A stretch of DNA of 64,000 bases from NCBI RefSeq assembly GCF_009914755.1, contig NC_060935.1. One strand, written 5' to 3'. This DNA comes from the human T2T-CHM13v2.0 reference genome, Homo sapiens. Every line of letters starts with the position of its first letter. Position 1 is the stretch's first letter. This document shows, piece after piece, positions 1 through 14,993 of the stretch. The notes beneath the pieces were generated by a model, which had not been told where the DNA came from, made no database searches, and was given only the letters and a program-made list of their open reading frames with translations. The position numbers and the translations under genes are program-made.

Positions 1-29
1 TGACTCCCGCCTCATAGCATATATTAAAA

Positions 30-545
30 ATCATATGTATAAATGAACTAATTTTAGGGAAATGTTATATATAAATGCGAAAGACAAAACTCCTGTGATT
101 ATATGGGGAAAAATCTTTACATCAATGTACTGCTATCAGAACAATCAAGAGAGTGATTTACCATAAAAGATGGGACAGTCATAACCTCGGGGGGATACAA
201 CAAGTAGTGATTGGGATAGAAGATGAGGGAGTTATCTGGAGTGATGGTAAATCTCCATTTCTTGTCCAAGATTGGTAGGTATGTGGACATTCAATTTGTG
301 ACAGTTACATGTTCTATATATTTTTGCTTGGTAAAATATTTTGTATGTGTTTTATAATCCATACTTTTTTTATTATACTTTCAGTTTTAGGGTACATGTG
401 CACAACGTGCAGGTTTGTTACATATGTATACATGTGCCATGTTGGTGTGCTGCACCCATTAACTCCTCATTTACATTAGGTATATCTCCTAATGCTATCC
501 CTCCCCCCTCCCCTCACCCTGTACTTTTTAAAAAAGAAACAAGAC
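30..545 (+). mobile_element. Old L1M (L1MC/L1ME-class) 3' UTR remnant, interrupted by a short L1PA
   Basis: GGAGTGATGGTAAATCTCCATTTCTTG...GGTAGGTATGTGGACATTCAATTTGTG resembles the 3' terminus of old mammalian L1s. Boundaries are approximate. Confidence 0.45.
365..520 (-). mobile_element. Severely 5'-truncated L1PA 3' end (~155 bp)
   Basis: TTTTTTTATTATACTTTCAGTTTTAGGGTACATGTGCACAACGTGCAGGTTTGTTACATATG...CCCTCCCCCCTCCCC is the reverse complement of the L1PA 3' UTR. TACTTTTT occurs on both sides as a likely TSD. Confidence 0.92.
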
Positions 546-2149
546 CTTAAAAGAAGGCCATTTTAAGTGTGGCCCCAGCAGCACTCAAACTACAGATTGT
601 TCAGAAGCAGTCACTAATACTGCATTCTTACCATCTACATTTATTCTGAAGAATGCCCACTTCTGGAAGCAACATGTGCTAAGCCCAAGGGCATATTCTA
701 AGTAAGAGTACAATAAGGCTATGCTTTATTTGTTTTGTCCACAATACACAAATGAACTATTATTTTTTTCATCTTTGGAGAGCCCAGTATTGAGTGCTCA
801 ATTTAGCAGGTCTCTTGTGAATGGACTGGGGGGACTTTGAACAAACGGTTCCTCGTGACATATATTCTTTTAGCCAACACAGAAATAAGTGGAACAAGAG
901 CTCTGTGAACTTTTTTTAGGTAGTCTAAAAGCTGTAAATGAAATCCCTGGAGCCAAGGTACATTTAGTTCTGCTGCCTGGCAGTAGAGCTATGTCAGCTG
1001 ACCTCATAGCTACCATTGTGCAAATTTTAATGACAAATTAAGGAAATTAATTACTTGTGTTGACTAAGTCTACACTACTGACATCATTTCATTGTACTTA
1101 CATTCCAATCTTGAACTTCTTTATTATACTATAAATGCAAATTAATAATGTAGGCTCTGTTCTTTTAAAATGTGTCATTTTTGCCTGAAGTGTAGATAAA
1201 AGCATTTGAAATCCATCAACACTACTTTTAATTAGCCAATTTATTAGAACGGGATTCTGCAAAACAAGGTTTCTTTCTCTGGAGTATACAGGACAGCCTC
1301 GGAGCACAATTTATATTTCTGCATTCCCAAGTATATGAATTTACTTTAACAGTTTTGTAATACAAACCAAGTCTGTTAGTTAATTTGCTATGGCACCTGA
1401 TATTCTGTAGGTCACTAATCTCTTCTAATACATCCATAATTTCTGTTTTACTTTAAATAGTCAATAAAAATGCATAGTGTTTTTGTTCTCTTGATTCATG
1501 CATCACACTAATTATTGCATTTCTAAAAATCCCAAACAATACGTCATAGTGATAATCAAAGAATAAGAGAAAAGGGTATTATCTATGATACTTTATAATC
1601 ACAAATTTATATTCATTTATTTTTAGATCCTACCATTTTTGAGTATTTTTATGAAAAGTTAATTGCTTTTCACTTTGTATAGCTTCAATATGTTTCATTG
1701 TGGCAACAAGAAATATTTAAAATTAAGATGACCCCCTTCTCTCAAAACGCATTTTTCCAAATGTGTGTAGGTAAATTAACTGTATCTTTATAAGGCACAG
1801 ATACTCTGTTCATTCATTGGTTCAAAATACTTAAGCTTGTTTAATTTTCTATTAAATATACAAATTTGTTCACATCTATTTTGAATATGGCTATGAGAAT
1901 TACAATGAAAATGTCGTTACTTTAGGAAGTGATTTTATAATGAATTTATCATATTTCTTTAACAAAATATAAAATAATTTGTATCAGAAGTAACACTTTA
2001 GTCAGTGAATCAAAGTTTAAGTATCTCATATACCGAACACAGAGTGCTGTTTACTGGGGACACAAAGTCAGGTAAGCCATGTTCCTTGCCCTTCACTTTC
2101 TCACAGCCTAATTGAGAAAACAGGGTTATAAATCAGTGATGACAACCAT

Positions 2150-2610
2150 TTTGAACAAACTTTAAGGTGGCCCTTATGATATTCACATTTTGATGTTCAT
2201 ACCTTCGTATAATCCTCTCTGCTTAAGTGTGGGCAGAATCTGTGGCTTGTTTTTAACCAATAAAATATGGCAAAGATGACAGGTTATGAATCCTTCATGT
2301 TATATAAGAATTCTTCTTGCTCCAAGATGTGTTCTTGTTACTGTCATTAAAGGAGGAAACAGCCATGAGTTGTACAGGTACAATAAAAAGAATTATGCCA
2401 ACCCAATTAAGTGAGCTTGAAGCAGATCCTTTCCCATTCAGCCTGCAGATGAGAACCTAGCCTTTTTAGACACCTTGATTATATCCTTGAGTAAGCACCC
2501 AGCTTATCTGTTCCCAGAATTATGATCCACAGAAAATGTTAGGTAAATGTGTGTGGTTTGAAGCTGCTAAGTTTTTGCCAATTTGCTATGTAGCATAAAA
2601 AATTTAACAG
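2150..2610 (+). mobile_element. MLT1-family (MaLR) solo LTR, MLT1F/G/H-like
   Basis: Contains AAGTGTGGGCAGAATCTGTGGCTTG...AACCAATAAAATATGGCAAAG. The 3' end AAGCTGCTAAGTTTTTG...TGCTATGTAGCATA is typical of MLT1. Confidence 0.7.
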
Positions 2611-3934
2611 TTCAGCATTAGCCTCATAAACATACTGTTGTGGGAGTCAGGGTATGTGCACTGAAATTAAAATCTAGGGTTGGAAGGATTTCTGGAGAAT
2701 GTGACTCTTGAGCTGAAATTAGATGGATATTAGGTAGAAGAAACAGCTACAAGAAAATTTAGTTTGGAGCTGGCTAGAAGAAAGAGAGTTTATAATATTT
2801 CTCTTCAATATTTTGGATAGAAGGAATGTTCTTTGTGAAATCACAGAGGCAGGAATTGTGGCATTACTTGTTGAACTGCATATTTTTGTAATATGGCTAA
2901 GGTGATGGTATATATTTTAGTGTAATAAGAAATGAGAGGTATTCAGGGGCCAGAATTTTTAAAGGACTTTTTGTCCTGATAAGATTTTCAAGTTTATATG
3001 GTGGGAAACCATTAATATAATTTAAACTGGAGAAGATATGATGAGATTTATGTGGAAAATTGATGTAGCTTAGAACATGTAATATACAATGAGTCAAAAG
3101 CCAATTCTAGCTTTAAGAACAAAGATTGCAAGAATAAAAAATAACTGGCCCTTCCTCCTTTTCTCCCCTATTGTGTCCTCTAAGTACTATACTTCTGCAA
3201 GGACCTCACATGCTTGTATTGAATCTATTTGTTTACCTAGGACTCCAAGAGACTGTGAGTTTCCTTTGGGCATTGACCATGTCTTACTCATTTTGTTTCT
3301 CCAGAGGCTAACAGTACCTGGTACATGATTTGTATTACTACAAGATAAATTGTTATTGACCGAATAGACTATTCAGGTATGATTCTGGTGAAGTTGAGAA
3401 TAAGTTCAGAATAAGAGACAGAAATACAGGGCAAGAATTTCTACTTCAGAAAATATGCCTGAAGCAACCCTGAAATAAATTGTAAAACAGTTGATTTTTT
3501 TTCTTTTTATATGACTGTAATAGAATCTGTATGCTATTTTTATAGGCTTTTTAAAAACATTATACCTGAAAAGTGAAAAAGGCAGTAATATCCATTTGGG
3601 AATTTATAATCAAATACATTGTATCCAACAAATTTTGGAGTTTATGTTGAGCTATAATTAGAATAGGAAACCAGCATTAGAACAATAATTAGCAATTAGA
3701 TTTTTTAAATAAAATTTTATTATAGACTTCTGAGAGGTCATTGTAGTGTATTGAGCTTTACCCTACTTTAAGTCACATTAAAACATTCTTAGAAAATCCA
3801 CACAATAAGCCATCATTCTTCTCTTATTCTCTTTCTTTCCAACTCCACGGCTATAGTCCAGGCACTTTTCCTTTCATATCTATAGTATTGCACTAGCATC
3901 CTGTTTAACCTCCTGTTGTCAAAACTAGAATAAT

Positions 3935-4440
3935 ATTGTGTAAAGGGAATGGATTTTAAGTCAGACAGAACATTGAAGCCTGGCCCTCTACCTGTTTGTC
4001 AAATAGCCCAATTTCTTTAAAAGTCTTTTCTTTATGTAAAACAAAAATAAAAACAAACACAAACAAACAACAACAGCAAAACCTCCTAATTGTAAGGATT
4101 ATTGGAAGAATTAAGATATACTTTAAATATCTTTAATCACAATAAATCTAATCTCCATATATTATTAATTACTTCTGGTTTCTTACCAATTGAATCGACA
4201 CAAATAATTTAGGTACATAGAGATGCCATGGGACAGAGGAACAAATATGACGTATTGAATCTCATTTAAAATCTTGTCTTTATTTCCTAATTGTTGTGTG
4301 ATTTGAGACCAGTTACTTATTTTTTGACATTAAATTTATTCATCTGTAAAATGCAACTATTCTAGAATTTAAAGAGTTGGAAAATGTGCAAGAAAGGTCC
4401 TAATGGTATGCCTGGCACATAGCATCCACTAAATAAATGC
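3935..4440 (+). mobile_element. Two degraded MIR SINEs
   Basis: MIR core-like TGTGTGATTTGAGACCAGTTACTT...CATCTGTAAAATG and the 3' motif GCCTGGCACATAG...AATAAATG. Confidence 0.5.
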
Positions 4441-6523
4441 TTTGTATGCATCTGTGCCAGAGATTATTCTAAATTTTAGTAAAGATTTAGACATTAAAAA
4501 CTAGTACATGACTTTAAGGATTTTAAAAACTAAATGAAGAAGCAAGCAGACTATCAGATAGAACTTCCCTATGTTCTTGATTTTGTTGTACCTTTCCTTA
4601 AAAATCATCTAACTCTGATTTAGAAAATTTCATGTAGAAGTGGGAACAGCTTTAACAAAAACGACTGGAGAGTAAGCATACTAAAGTGGGCCTCAAACAT
4701 TGTTTAGGAATAAAGTTGCTTCAATGAACCAACATAAGTAGTCCAGTTAACTATAGCATAGGAGCAGTAAAGCATCATGGGAAAAGCATGATCTTTGGAG
4801 ACAAGTAGCTTTGGTATAAGATCCAAATCTCAATATCCTGATTATAAAATTATGGACAGTGCTTCTCATTTTGGAGGGTTGTTATAAGAATTAAAAAAAT
4901 AAGAGGAATCATACCTAACACTACTTAAGTTCTAACTCACTTCTTTCATTCCTTTTCCTCTAAAGAGGAGATGGGTACATCAGTCTATCATAGTTTGATA
5001 ACAGCTAATAAGATTATTCTAACCCCACTGACTTGAAAATTATTTTGTTACGGTAATGAGAGTTCAAGTTGGAGACTTCCTGAAAGAGAATATCTGCTGG
5101 GAAGTTGTTATGAGTGCTTCATTCTTCTTAATATTTATAACCTATTTTTTAAATCTTACTTTTATTTTATATTTTTTCTCTCCTGCTCCTTCTGTATATA
5201 TCCTTACTGTAATTTAAGATTGACACTCTGTTTTACCAATCTCTTCTTTTGGGTTATGACATTCTACAGCTGATTTTGATGGACTCCGATAATACAACTG
5301 AGTTTCTTGATCTTTAAATATCTGAATACAATTTTGGATGGAAACAAATGTATAACCAACATTCAGTGAAGTGTCTAGCATGTACTTAATAACTATTGAA
5401 ATAATGAATGTTTAAGGTAATACCTGCTTATGATGCCATGCCTAAGAAAGCCAGATAATGATCCTCTTGATATTCATCCATTAATATATTTTGAAAATAT
5501 TTATTAAGCCTCTGTGATAAACACTCCTATGTACTGAGGAAAGAGGAATAAAACAGACAATAATTCACACCCTCATGTGTCTAATCTCTGTTATGGAGGA
5601 ACAGATACTTTAACTGCAGTTAAACCACATAATAGGAACTTTCTTAAAAATAACATTTTCTTGATGTAAAGTTATTATTATATAGACACATCTGCCATTT
5701 CCTAGAGATTTAAAAGATGTATTTAATCATGGATGTTTATAGAACAAAAATACAGGAGCATAAGCATTCACTCACTCAACAGATGATTTTTGAGTGCCTA
5801 CTATATAATGGACACTGAGCTGAGGTACTGAGGAGGCAAGACTTAATAACACATGTATTAATTACTCTCTTGTAGCGTGTAGCCTCATGGGCAAAACTGC
5901 AAATATTTACAAAGTTGAGGAAACTAGTACTACTGTCTGCTAAGCTCTCCACATGGAACATGATAAGATGAGAAATTTGAGTCTTTTAGGTTACTATTCT
6001 GTTATATTAATTAAAACAGTGTTAAATTATAATAAAAGAATTGTAACATTCATAATATACGGCAATATCTTATTTACAGCTTATTAAGGACATTTTGAAA
6101 TGTGATAATTCCTTAATATTTGAAAAATAGTTGCATTATGTACTCTGAAACGCTTTTTTTTTTTTGGCTGTGGTCCAATCTAAACTCATCAAGAGTCACA
6201 AGAAAGCTTTCTTTCATCACCATCATCAGTTTTCAAAAGTTCTAGAAACAAAATTATACACAAGTGTAATTTTAAACTTTTTGACTATAGTAAATTTTAG
6301 AACAATTTAACTGTCATGTCAGGAATCATGGATAATATAGAATAAAAAATGAGAACAATGAGATACCATCATTACTGAGTAGAGTCTAAAATTAGCTGAT
6401 GTACTGAATAAGACATGAATGCACAGTTGCACCTTCCATCTCTCGGGATTGTTTACCAGAATCCAGTTTCAGGTCAGAAATGTTGTTTCATGATAAGTAT
6501 ATCACACTAACATTTTACAGTAA

Positions 6524-6835
<312 letters not shown>

Positions 6836-6861
6836 TTACAATAACTATTTTTGAAAAAATG

Positions 6862-7082
6862 TTTTTATTTTTAATTTTTGTGGGTACATAATAGTTGTAT
6901 ATATTTGTGGAATATATGAGATACTTTGATACAGGCAGGTAAAGTAAAATAAGCACATGGAGAATGGGATATTCATACCCTCAAGAATTTACCCTTGGAG
7001 TTACAAAAAATTTACAATTAAGTCATTATTGACAAGAAAGAATGTATAAGACCTACTATTTGATAAGACAACAGGTGACTAC
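6862..7082 (-). mobile_element. Short L1MA 3' fragment with a 5' inversion
   Basis: 6862-7033 is the antisense L1MA 3' end. 7034-7082 matches the adjacent L1MA sequence in sense orientation, as judged against the sense copy at 52085-52160. Confidence 0.8.
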
Positions 7083-7779
7083 AAAAACTTTTTAAGATTT
7101 CTTTTTGGCCTATCCCCTTTGAGCCAAAAACAAAGACTGATTCTGAGATTGGATGTTATGTGATGTATAGGAAATAGGCCACTTTTAATCAAGTTCCCTC
7201 GACGATTTTTTCTTCAGAGACTAGGACAAGATTTTAAATTCATTTTGAGGAAAGGCTGTTTAATTATTAAAACATAAAATACTTTGAATCAATTTGTATC
7301 CTCTTACAAATAAAGTTTTTGTGGGGATTAAATACCAGTTAAACTGTATAAAATCTCGCCCAAAAATAGGCGAGGATGTAAACTAACTCATTACATTTTA
7401 AATCAATATACAATCTCAGAGTTGAAATGAGTAATACCCCAACAGGTTTAAAATATAGGTAAGATATGAAGGAAAAATGGAGGTACTCTACATGTTAGAC
7501 AAGTAATATATTCTCCCATGTTCTGACATTCTGCTCACTCTCTGTAGAGCTGTATTATGAAATTGATCTATATTTCAAATTGTGCTTATCAAGTTGTAGC
7601 AATATTTAAACTCCTTATGGATATTGAGAATATAACTAAATATTTTGTCCCTAAACATTTTCAAATCTCTCAAGGTTCATTTCATTAAAAATTTATAGCA
7701 ACATTTTTCATATTTCCTAATATTTCAAAACCGAAACATTTTTCCTAATTCAAAATAACCTTATTTTTTCCAATAATAA

Positions 7780-8330
7780 AGTGACATCTCTTAATAATAA
7801 GATTAAAATAACACATAAAGTACAAATAAAGATTACTTAGTGTTTTGGTGATTATAGACAAATCCAAATGAATAATTACATAGAAAGTATTATTTATATA
7901 AAATTTATACTCATGCTATATTTATTCTGTAACCAGTATTTTCACTCAATAATATGTCAAGGACATCTGTCAATTAATACAGATCTAGATTATAGATGTC
8001 TGGTTTATAGGTTGGTTGCAATAATTTATATATGCATTCACCTGTAGATGGACATTTAGATTCCCCACCCCCCCCACCACTTATTTTATTACTATTATGT
8101 GTTTCTTTAACAAACATCTAAACACATTTTTTGTACATGTGTCTTATTATTGCCTTAGGATATATTTTAAAAAAGAAATAGTGCTAGTTAGAAAGACATG
8201 CAAGTTTAAGTAAATTTTGACATAGGAAGAGTGTTTCCAACATGGCAACCAACAGTGTCTGAAGAATCTTCCTCATACCCATCTTCACTAGGTTTTTAAA
8301 TAGACTTTAGCGCTCTTTTAGATATCTAAA
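7780..8330 (-). mobile_element. Degraded L1M (L1MC/ME-class) fragment
   Basis: Antisense L1 3'-region motifs TTTTCACTCAATAATATGTC and GATGGACATTTAGATT. Confidence 0.5.
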
Positions 8331-8343
8331 ATCCCATTGGCAT

Positions 8344-8833
8344 TGATGGGGTTCAGAGTATGGCATCTCAAAATATGTCATTTTCGAACAGGGTTATTTT
8401 GAGCTGAAGGCAATTGAAAAACAACAGACAGAGGAAAATCTCTCTGTCCTCTCCCTCTCTACATAAATGAAGGGCACAGATTTCCTTTGTAAAGATGATA
8501 TACATTTTCTTTTGTAAAGGTGTCACCTTCCCATATTAGAAAGACTATAGACAGCACTTGAATTGAGTCTCCATAACAAACCTTACTAAACAAGCCTATC
8601 ATCCACATGTTTTTCTACTCACCTTCTCTCAATTTATTGCCCTTTGTTAAAATGGCATATATGCCCCAAGTCTGCTTCTTTAGATTTTCACTTTTCTGTG
8701 GATGCCCCATGTACATAAAATTAAAAATAAAAGTTGAATTTCTTTCCCTCTGATAATCAATCTTTTGCCAGTATAGTCTGCAGGCTTCAGGAACATAACT
8801 TATGAGGGTAGAAAAAAATTTTCATCCCCTTCA
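8344..8833 (+). mobile_element. MER34/MER39-like ERV1 solo LTR
   Basis: TG...CA termini. Starts TGATGGGGTTCAG...AAAATATG...TTTTGAGCTGAAGGCAATTGAAAAAC, has AATAAA near 8727, and ends GAGGGTAGAAAAAAATTTTCATCCCCTTCA. Confidence 0.7.
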
Positions 8834-9020
8834 ATGTCAAATCAATTCTTGTTTGTGATGCCACAGAATTGAATGAAGAATGACATTAAAGTTTAAAAAG
8901 TTTAAAGGGCTTTTGAAATAAAGTTTAATTTTATAGTACCCTATTTATGGTGAAGAATGGCTATCCATAAAGATGTGCTTAGATAGCTATTACTTAGTGT
9001 AAGATCTAAAGTTACACTAT

Positions 9021-9501
9021 TGTAGCAGGACGAGCCGCAGGCCAAACCTCTCAGACACCAACTTGTAGAAGGAAGGGCTTTATTTAGCTCGGAGCATCAG
9101 CAAGCTACTGCCTTAAAATCCGAGCTCCCCGAGTGCACAATTTCTGTCCCTTTTAAGGGCTCACAACACTAAAGATTTCACATGAAAGGGTCGTGATTGA
9201 TTTGAGCAAGCAGGGGTGTATGTGACACGGGCTGCATGCACTGGTGGTCAGAGTGAAACAGAACAGGGTAGGGAGTTTCACAATGTTCTTCTATACAATG
9301 TCTGGAATCTATGAATAACATTGGTTTCTAAGTTATGAGTTGATTTTTAACTACTGGGTTTAGGCCGGGCAGGCCCAGGCCTGGTTTCGGGCCTGGCGCC
9401 GGGCTGCCTGTCTTTGGTTTTATTTCCTTGTTGTTTTCTTAAAACAGGTACTGAGTATAAAACAATATAAAACAATATGAGAGGGTCTCTCTCTTCTCTC
9501 A
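9021..9501 (-). mobile_element. LTR2B-like (HERV-E/Harlequin, ERV1) solo LTR
   Basis: On the minus strand it begins TGAGAGAAGAGAGAGACCCTCTCATATTG and ends GCGGCTCGTCCTGCTACA. 481 bp long, several CpGs retained, 4-bp TSD CTAT/CTAG. Confidence 0.85.
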
Positions 9502-10929
9502 CTAGTACTTAGTGTAAATCTAAAGTTAATCATGACTAAGAAATAAAATACTGGCTTTCTTCTTCGTTTCCTCACTTCTTTCTTCCTCTCTCTTCTTCCT
9601 CTTTTCCACATCTTTTGTTTTATTGCAAACCATATTTAAAAGAAAATACTTGATCCGTGAGTGTTTTAAGGTGCTGGAACTTCAGCAAATTATGCATGCT
9701 TCTCTTTTCTAGGAGCTTACAAGTGGTACTGTAAAAACAAGTGCAGCAAAACAGCCTTAAAAATATGGACTTTTTAATGGTCTAATTTTGCGGGTGGCAA
9801 AAAAAGGCCTTCCTGTTGCAGTGCTGTTCCCTGGTGAAAATAACAAAGGCTTTTAAGTCAGTTCATCTGGCTCATTTTCTTGTCAGCCATCCAACCTGAA
9901 GCAAGCCTCTTAACTGTTACTAAGACTAAAAGTCCTTATTTGTAAAAAAAAGAAAAAGGGGGAATAATAACAACCTTTAGAAATTCCTTGAGAATTAAAG
10001 GTGCTTAGAGTAGCTCCACACATTGCTCAGTATTTTTTGCATTCAGTAAATATTATTTTCATTCTTTAGTTCATTTGTACTTGCAATTCCACAACAAAAA
10101 CTGTAGAATGTTAGGGCTAGTAGGGACTTATTTATTAAAATAAAACATGGTTCTTTGTGTTAAAGCTAAAAACAATGTAACACACAAAAAGACAAAACTT
10201 AGGGCTTAGAATCAGAAGTAACTTCTTCAAGCATAAATAATGATTAGTTTACAGTTACACAAGTTGAAAGTACAAAAATCCAGAGTGTAATGCTTATATA
10301 CAATTGATTGATTTTCTAAGACTTTATCTCATTTCAAAATTCAAGTTACCTTAAAGAGAGATAACATCTTAAGTCTAGTTATCACTTACAGTATTACTGA
10401 TTATAGACTTACTAAAATACTCCCAGAAGTAGATAGTCATAACTTATATTTCATATAAAATTAGAAACTGTAAAGATGGAACATACCGCATGCTTTGAGG
10501 GGAACACCCAGCAGAAATAAATATATATATATGGATTACCAAAGGACTGAGGGAGAACCTCTGTGCTGGGCATTCATCCTCTGGTATTGCATTACTTTAA
10601 AAAATAACCTATATTAATATTATGTCATGGATGGCATTATCATCATTTTGAAGAAAAATTATGAGGTTCAGAGAGAAATTTAGTAATGAGCAATAGAGCC
10701 TGTATTCAAAATGAGTTCAGTTTGTCTTCAAAATTCATGGTATTCCCGTTATATCATAATGCCTTCAGCCAAGATTGACAACCTAATGGACAAAAAGTCC
10801 AACTTTTCTGTTCCATCCAGGTTATGGTCCCCAGCATAAACTTACAGACACTTTTGGTAATCCAGAAGAAATCAACAACTCTTATTTAACGGCCACAAGT
10901 AAAAGAAAGAAAATAGGACCTTAAGCTTA

Positions 10930-11285
<356 letters not shown>

Positions 11286-12009
11286 CTAATAATTAAGAAG
11301 CAGACTAGTTATTTATGTCTGCAACTGTCATACCAGACCTTCCCCGGTTTTTCTCTCCTTGACCTCCTCCTCCATTCCCACAGTCCTCGCTAGAGGCTTA
11401 TTATTTTGGGTTTATAAAAATAGTCTTCCTAAATTTATGTAGCACTTTGTACTTTATGAGACATATTCACATTTATTTTTTAGTTCCTCTCGTTCTAATG
11501 GGAGTCCCCAGAGGCAAGATGGGCAGGTAATTGAGGATTTTTGTCTTTTAGGTCTGTAGAAATGATAAGAGTTTGAGGAAATTAGTAGAATTTCCTAGAT
11601 GAAGACAGACAGAGGCACTTAGAATCATGGCATGTACATTAAGAGGGCAGCTTGTCTCTTACAGATACTGCTTGTAGTGGTTCTTGATGAGATAAACTGA
11701 GCAGGAAAACATCTGCATTCTGCATTTACGCCTCCGCAGCTAAAAGTATTTATTCAACTTCATTGTAAATGTTATTGATTATTTTCTAATTACTTCTGTA
11801 GAGAAACTTAGTCACCATCATCATCCACAATTGCAGATTTGGGCATGTGTTTTTTTTAATATAAGGAGGACACAGAGAGAAATAAATAGTCCTCAACCAA
11901 CGGGGTGATAATAGTCAACCAGAGCTATGCCTATTTTGTTCACCTTGTGTCTTAGTGCCTTACACCTGCTAATTAGTAGGTGTTTGTGGAATATTGTGTT
12001 ACTATTCAC

Positions 12010-12715
<706 letters not shown>

Positions 12716-12780
12716 TGTGTAATATTAATTGAATACATTAATAAAGAATGGACTTGTTTTTAGTTTCTGATATTGACCAT

Positions 12781-13139
12781 TGATATGGTTTGGCTGTGTC
12801 CACACCCAAATCTCACGTCGAATTGTAATTCCCAATGTTGGAGGAGGGACATGGTGGGAAGGCAGATTTCCCCCTTGCTATTCTCGTGATAGGAGTTCTC
12901 ATAAGATCTTGTTGTTTATAAGTGGGTAGCACTTCCCCTTTGCTCTCTCTCTCTTGCTCTGCCATGGTAAAACCTGCTTGCTTCCCCTTCACGTTCTTCC
13001 ACGCTTGTAAGTCTCCTGAGGTCTCCCAGCCATGCTTCCTGTACAGCCTGTGTAACTGTGATTCAATTGAAACTCTTTTCTTCATAAATTACCCAGTCTT
13101 AGGTAGTTCTTTATAGCAATATGAGAATAGACTAATATA
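12781..13139 (+). mobile_element. MSTA-like MaLR solo LTR
   Basis: Starts TGATATGGTTTGGCTGTGTC and ends GACTAATATA. 5-bp TSD ACCAT/ACTAT. Confidence 0.88.
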
Positions 13140-14445
13140 ACTATGTTATTTGCAAATGACTTATTTGCTATAGGAAATTCAAAATTGCATACTGAAATTT
13201 TGCAAAAAAATTTTTACTCATAAAACTTAATTTATAAATTATGCATATAATTATAAAAATAATTCTGCCTTTGGATGAAGGGCAGTTTCATCAAGCAGCT
13301 TCTAGATAACAGGGTTTATATAGGTCCACAGTAAGAATATGAAAAGAGAGATATTTATTTGCTAATTCTTTAAATATTTATTGAGTGCCTACCATAAGCC
13401 AGGTATTTTGTTTAATATTTGATATTATTAAAACAAATAACATGTGAATCTCTGCTGAGTAGTTATTTTCTTTAAATTTTCACCAGGGCCTGGTAGCTTA
13501 ATAACACCCTGGCAGCCAGGGAAGAGATTACATTTTATTCCATGCCATTGTTTCCCTCCTACACAGAGGATGGATGCCTTCTGGGAGACATTCACACTTG
13601 AAGACACTGATTATTAAAGCAAATTTGATAGTTTTACTGTTAGTTGAGAGGGTCATTAAAGTTTATATGCCCACTGATAAGAGCCAGCCAGTTTCTTCTC
13701 TAGAGCAGAAGTTTATTAAATCAAAGAGTCAAGAAAAGTCAAGGCTGAAAACAACCAGAGGACAGATTGTTGGTTATGGGGCCTGTGGGAAAGAAAAGCT
13801 CCTGTCCTGAATGGAACCAAAGTAGTGAAAGAACCAGAAGGAGGAAAATAGGTAATTTGGAGCAATTCATACTTTAAAAAAATTTAACTTCCTAGACTGG
13901 ATTCTGTTGAGTTGAGCAGGAAAACAGAAGTCAGTTTTCCATAGGAATGAAAGATGTTAAAAATTCTGGAAAAGTCGGAGGGCAAGATGAACAAGGCGGT
14001 TCTGTTGGAAGTGTCCCTGGAAATCTCTCAGATATCTCACATCCAGAAGCTGGCACAGTGGGCTTTCATGGGTTGGCCTTCTCTTTGGCTAGGTCCCCAT
14101 GAGCAGACAGGTTGTCATGATTATCCCTACAGCTAGAAGCAGCACTTGCCTCGCTAGGGATGCCCAATGGTATCTTTGTCAGGGAAGCCACCAGGGAAGA
14201 TTATGAATTACTTAGGTAATAATTGAAGTATTATTTTAAAATGATAAAATATGGAAAACAGTGGAGAAATCATTTAAATTACATGTTGATTATTAGAGCC
14301 ATTGACTTGCTTGTTTCATTGAGCCTATATTAGGGTTTAATGCCAATGTAACACCATAGTCAACTTACTGCAAATTCTACCCATTCGCTTTAGCCTATTT
14401 TAGACTTTACCTTTTCCAGGGGTCTTTTATGATGCCTTGAACTGG

Positions 14446-14993
14446 ATATAACTTCTTTCAGTAAGCAGTGTTTACGTTTCAAACATGACTCTTATTACAT
14501 AGGCCCTTCACAGTTGCATGGAAAGTCCAAAGAGAGTAGGCCTGTGCCTTATTTGTTTCTGTATCCCCCTCACAGCTCAGCATAGTTCTGTGAATGTAAT
14601 GGGTGCTTCATTATTATTAATTGACTTTAATATTTTGTTTGATATATATATATATTTAATGCTATGAGAAACATAGTTGGCTATCTGGCTAACATAATGC
14701 TTTTTCTTTGAAAAATTGAAATGTATTCTGATAGTCAAAATTTAAACTTCTAAGTGTCACTAGAAATCAACCTTTTCAAATTCTGGTGATATATACTGCT
14801 AATAAAGGTATATTTTGATATAGCTATGATTTTAATGGAAACTATTTTTGGCAACAAAATTCTTGTCAGCCTCTGGAAAACTGTCATCAGTTTTTGGAAT
14901 GATGACATTAGGCCATTTGCTAATGATATAGATACATATATAACTTCTTTCAGTAAACAGTGTTTACGTTTCAAACATGACTCATATTACATA
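14446..14993 (+). repeat. 56-bp dispersed direct repeat (14446-14501 and 14938-14993)
   Basis: ATATAACTTCTTTCAGTAA(G/A)CAGTGTTTACGTTTCAAACATGACTC(T/A)TATTACATA occurs twice with 2 mismatches. Confidence 0.95.

Noticed and set aside
7355-7374. CTCGCC-N8-GGCGAG hairpin (also AAGACATG/CATGTCTT at 21681-21715)
   Set aside because: Stems of 6-8 bp are expected by chance, and bacterial terminator logic does not apply here.
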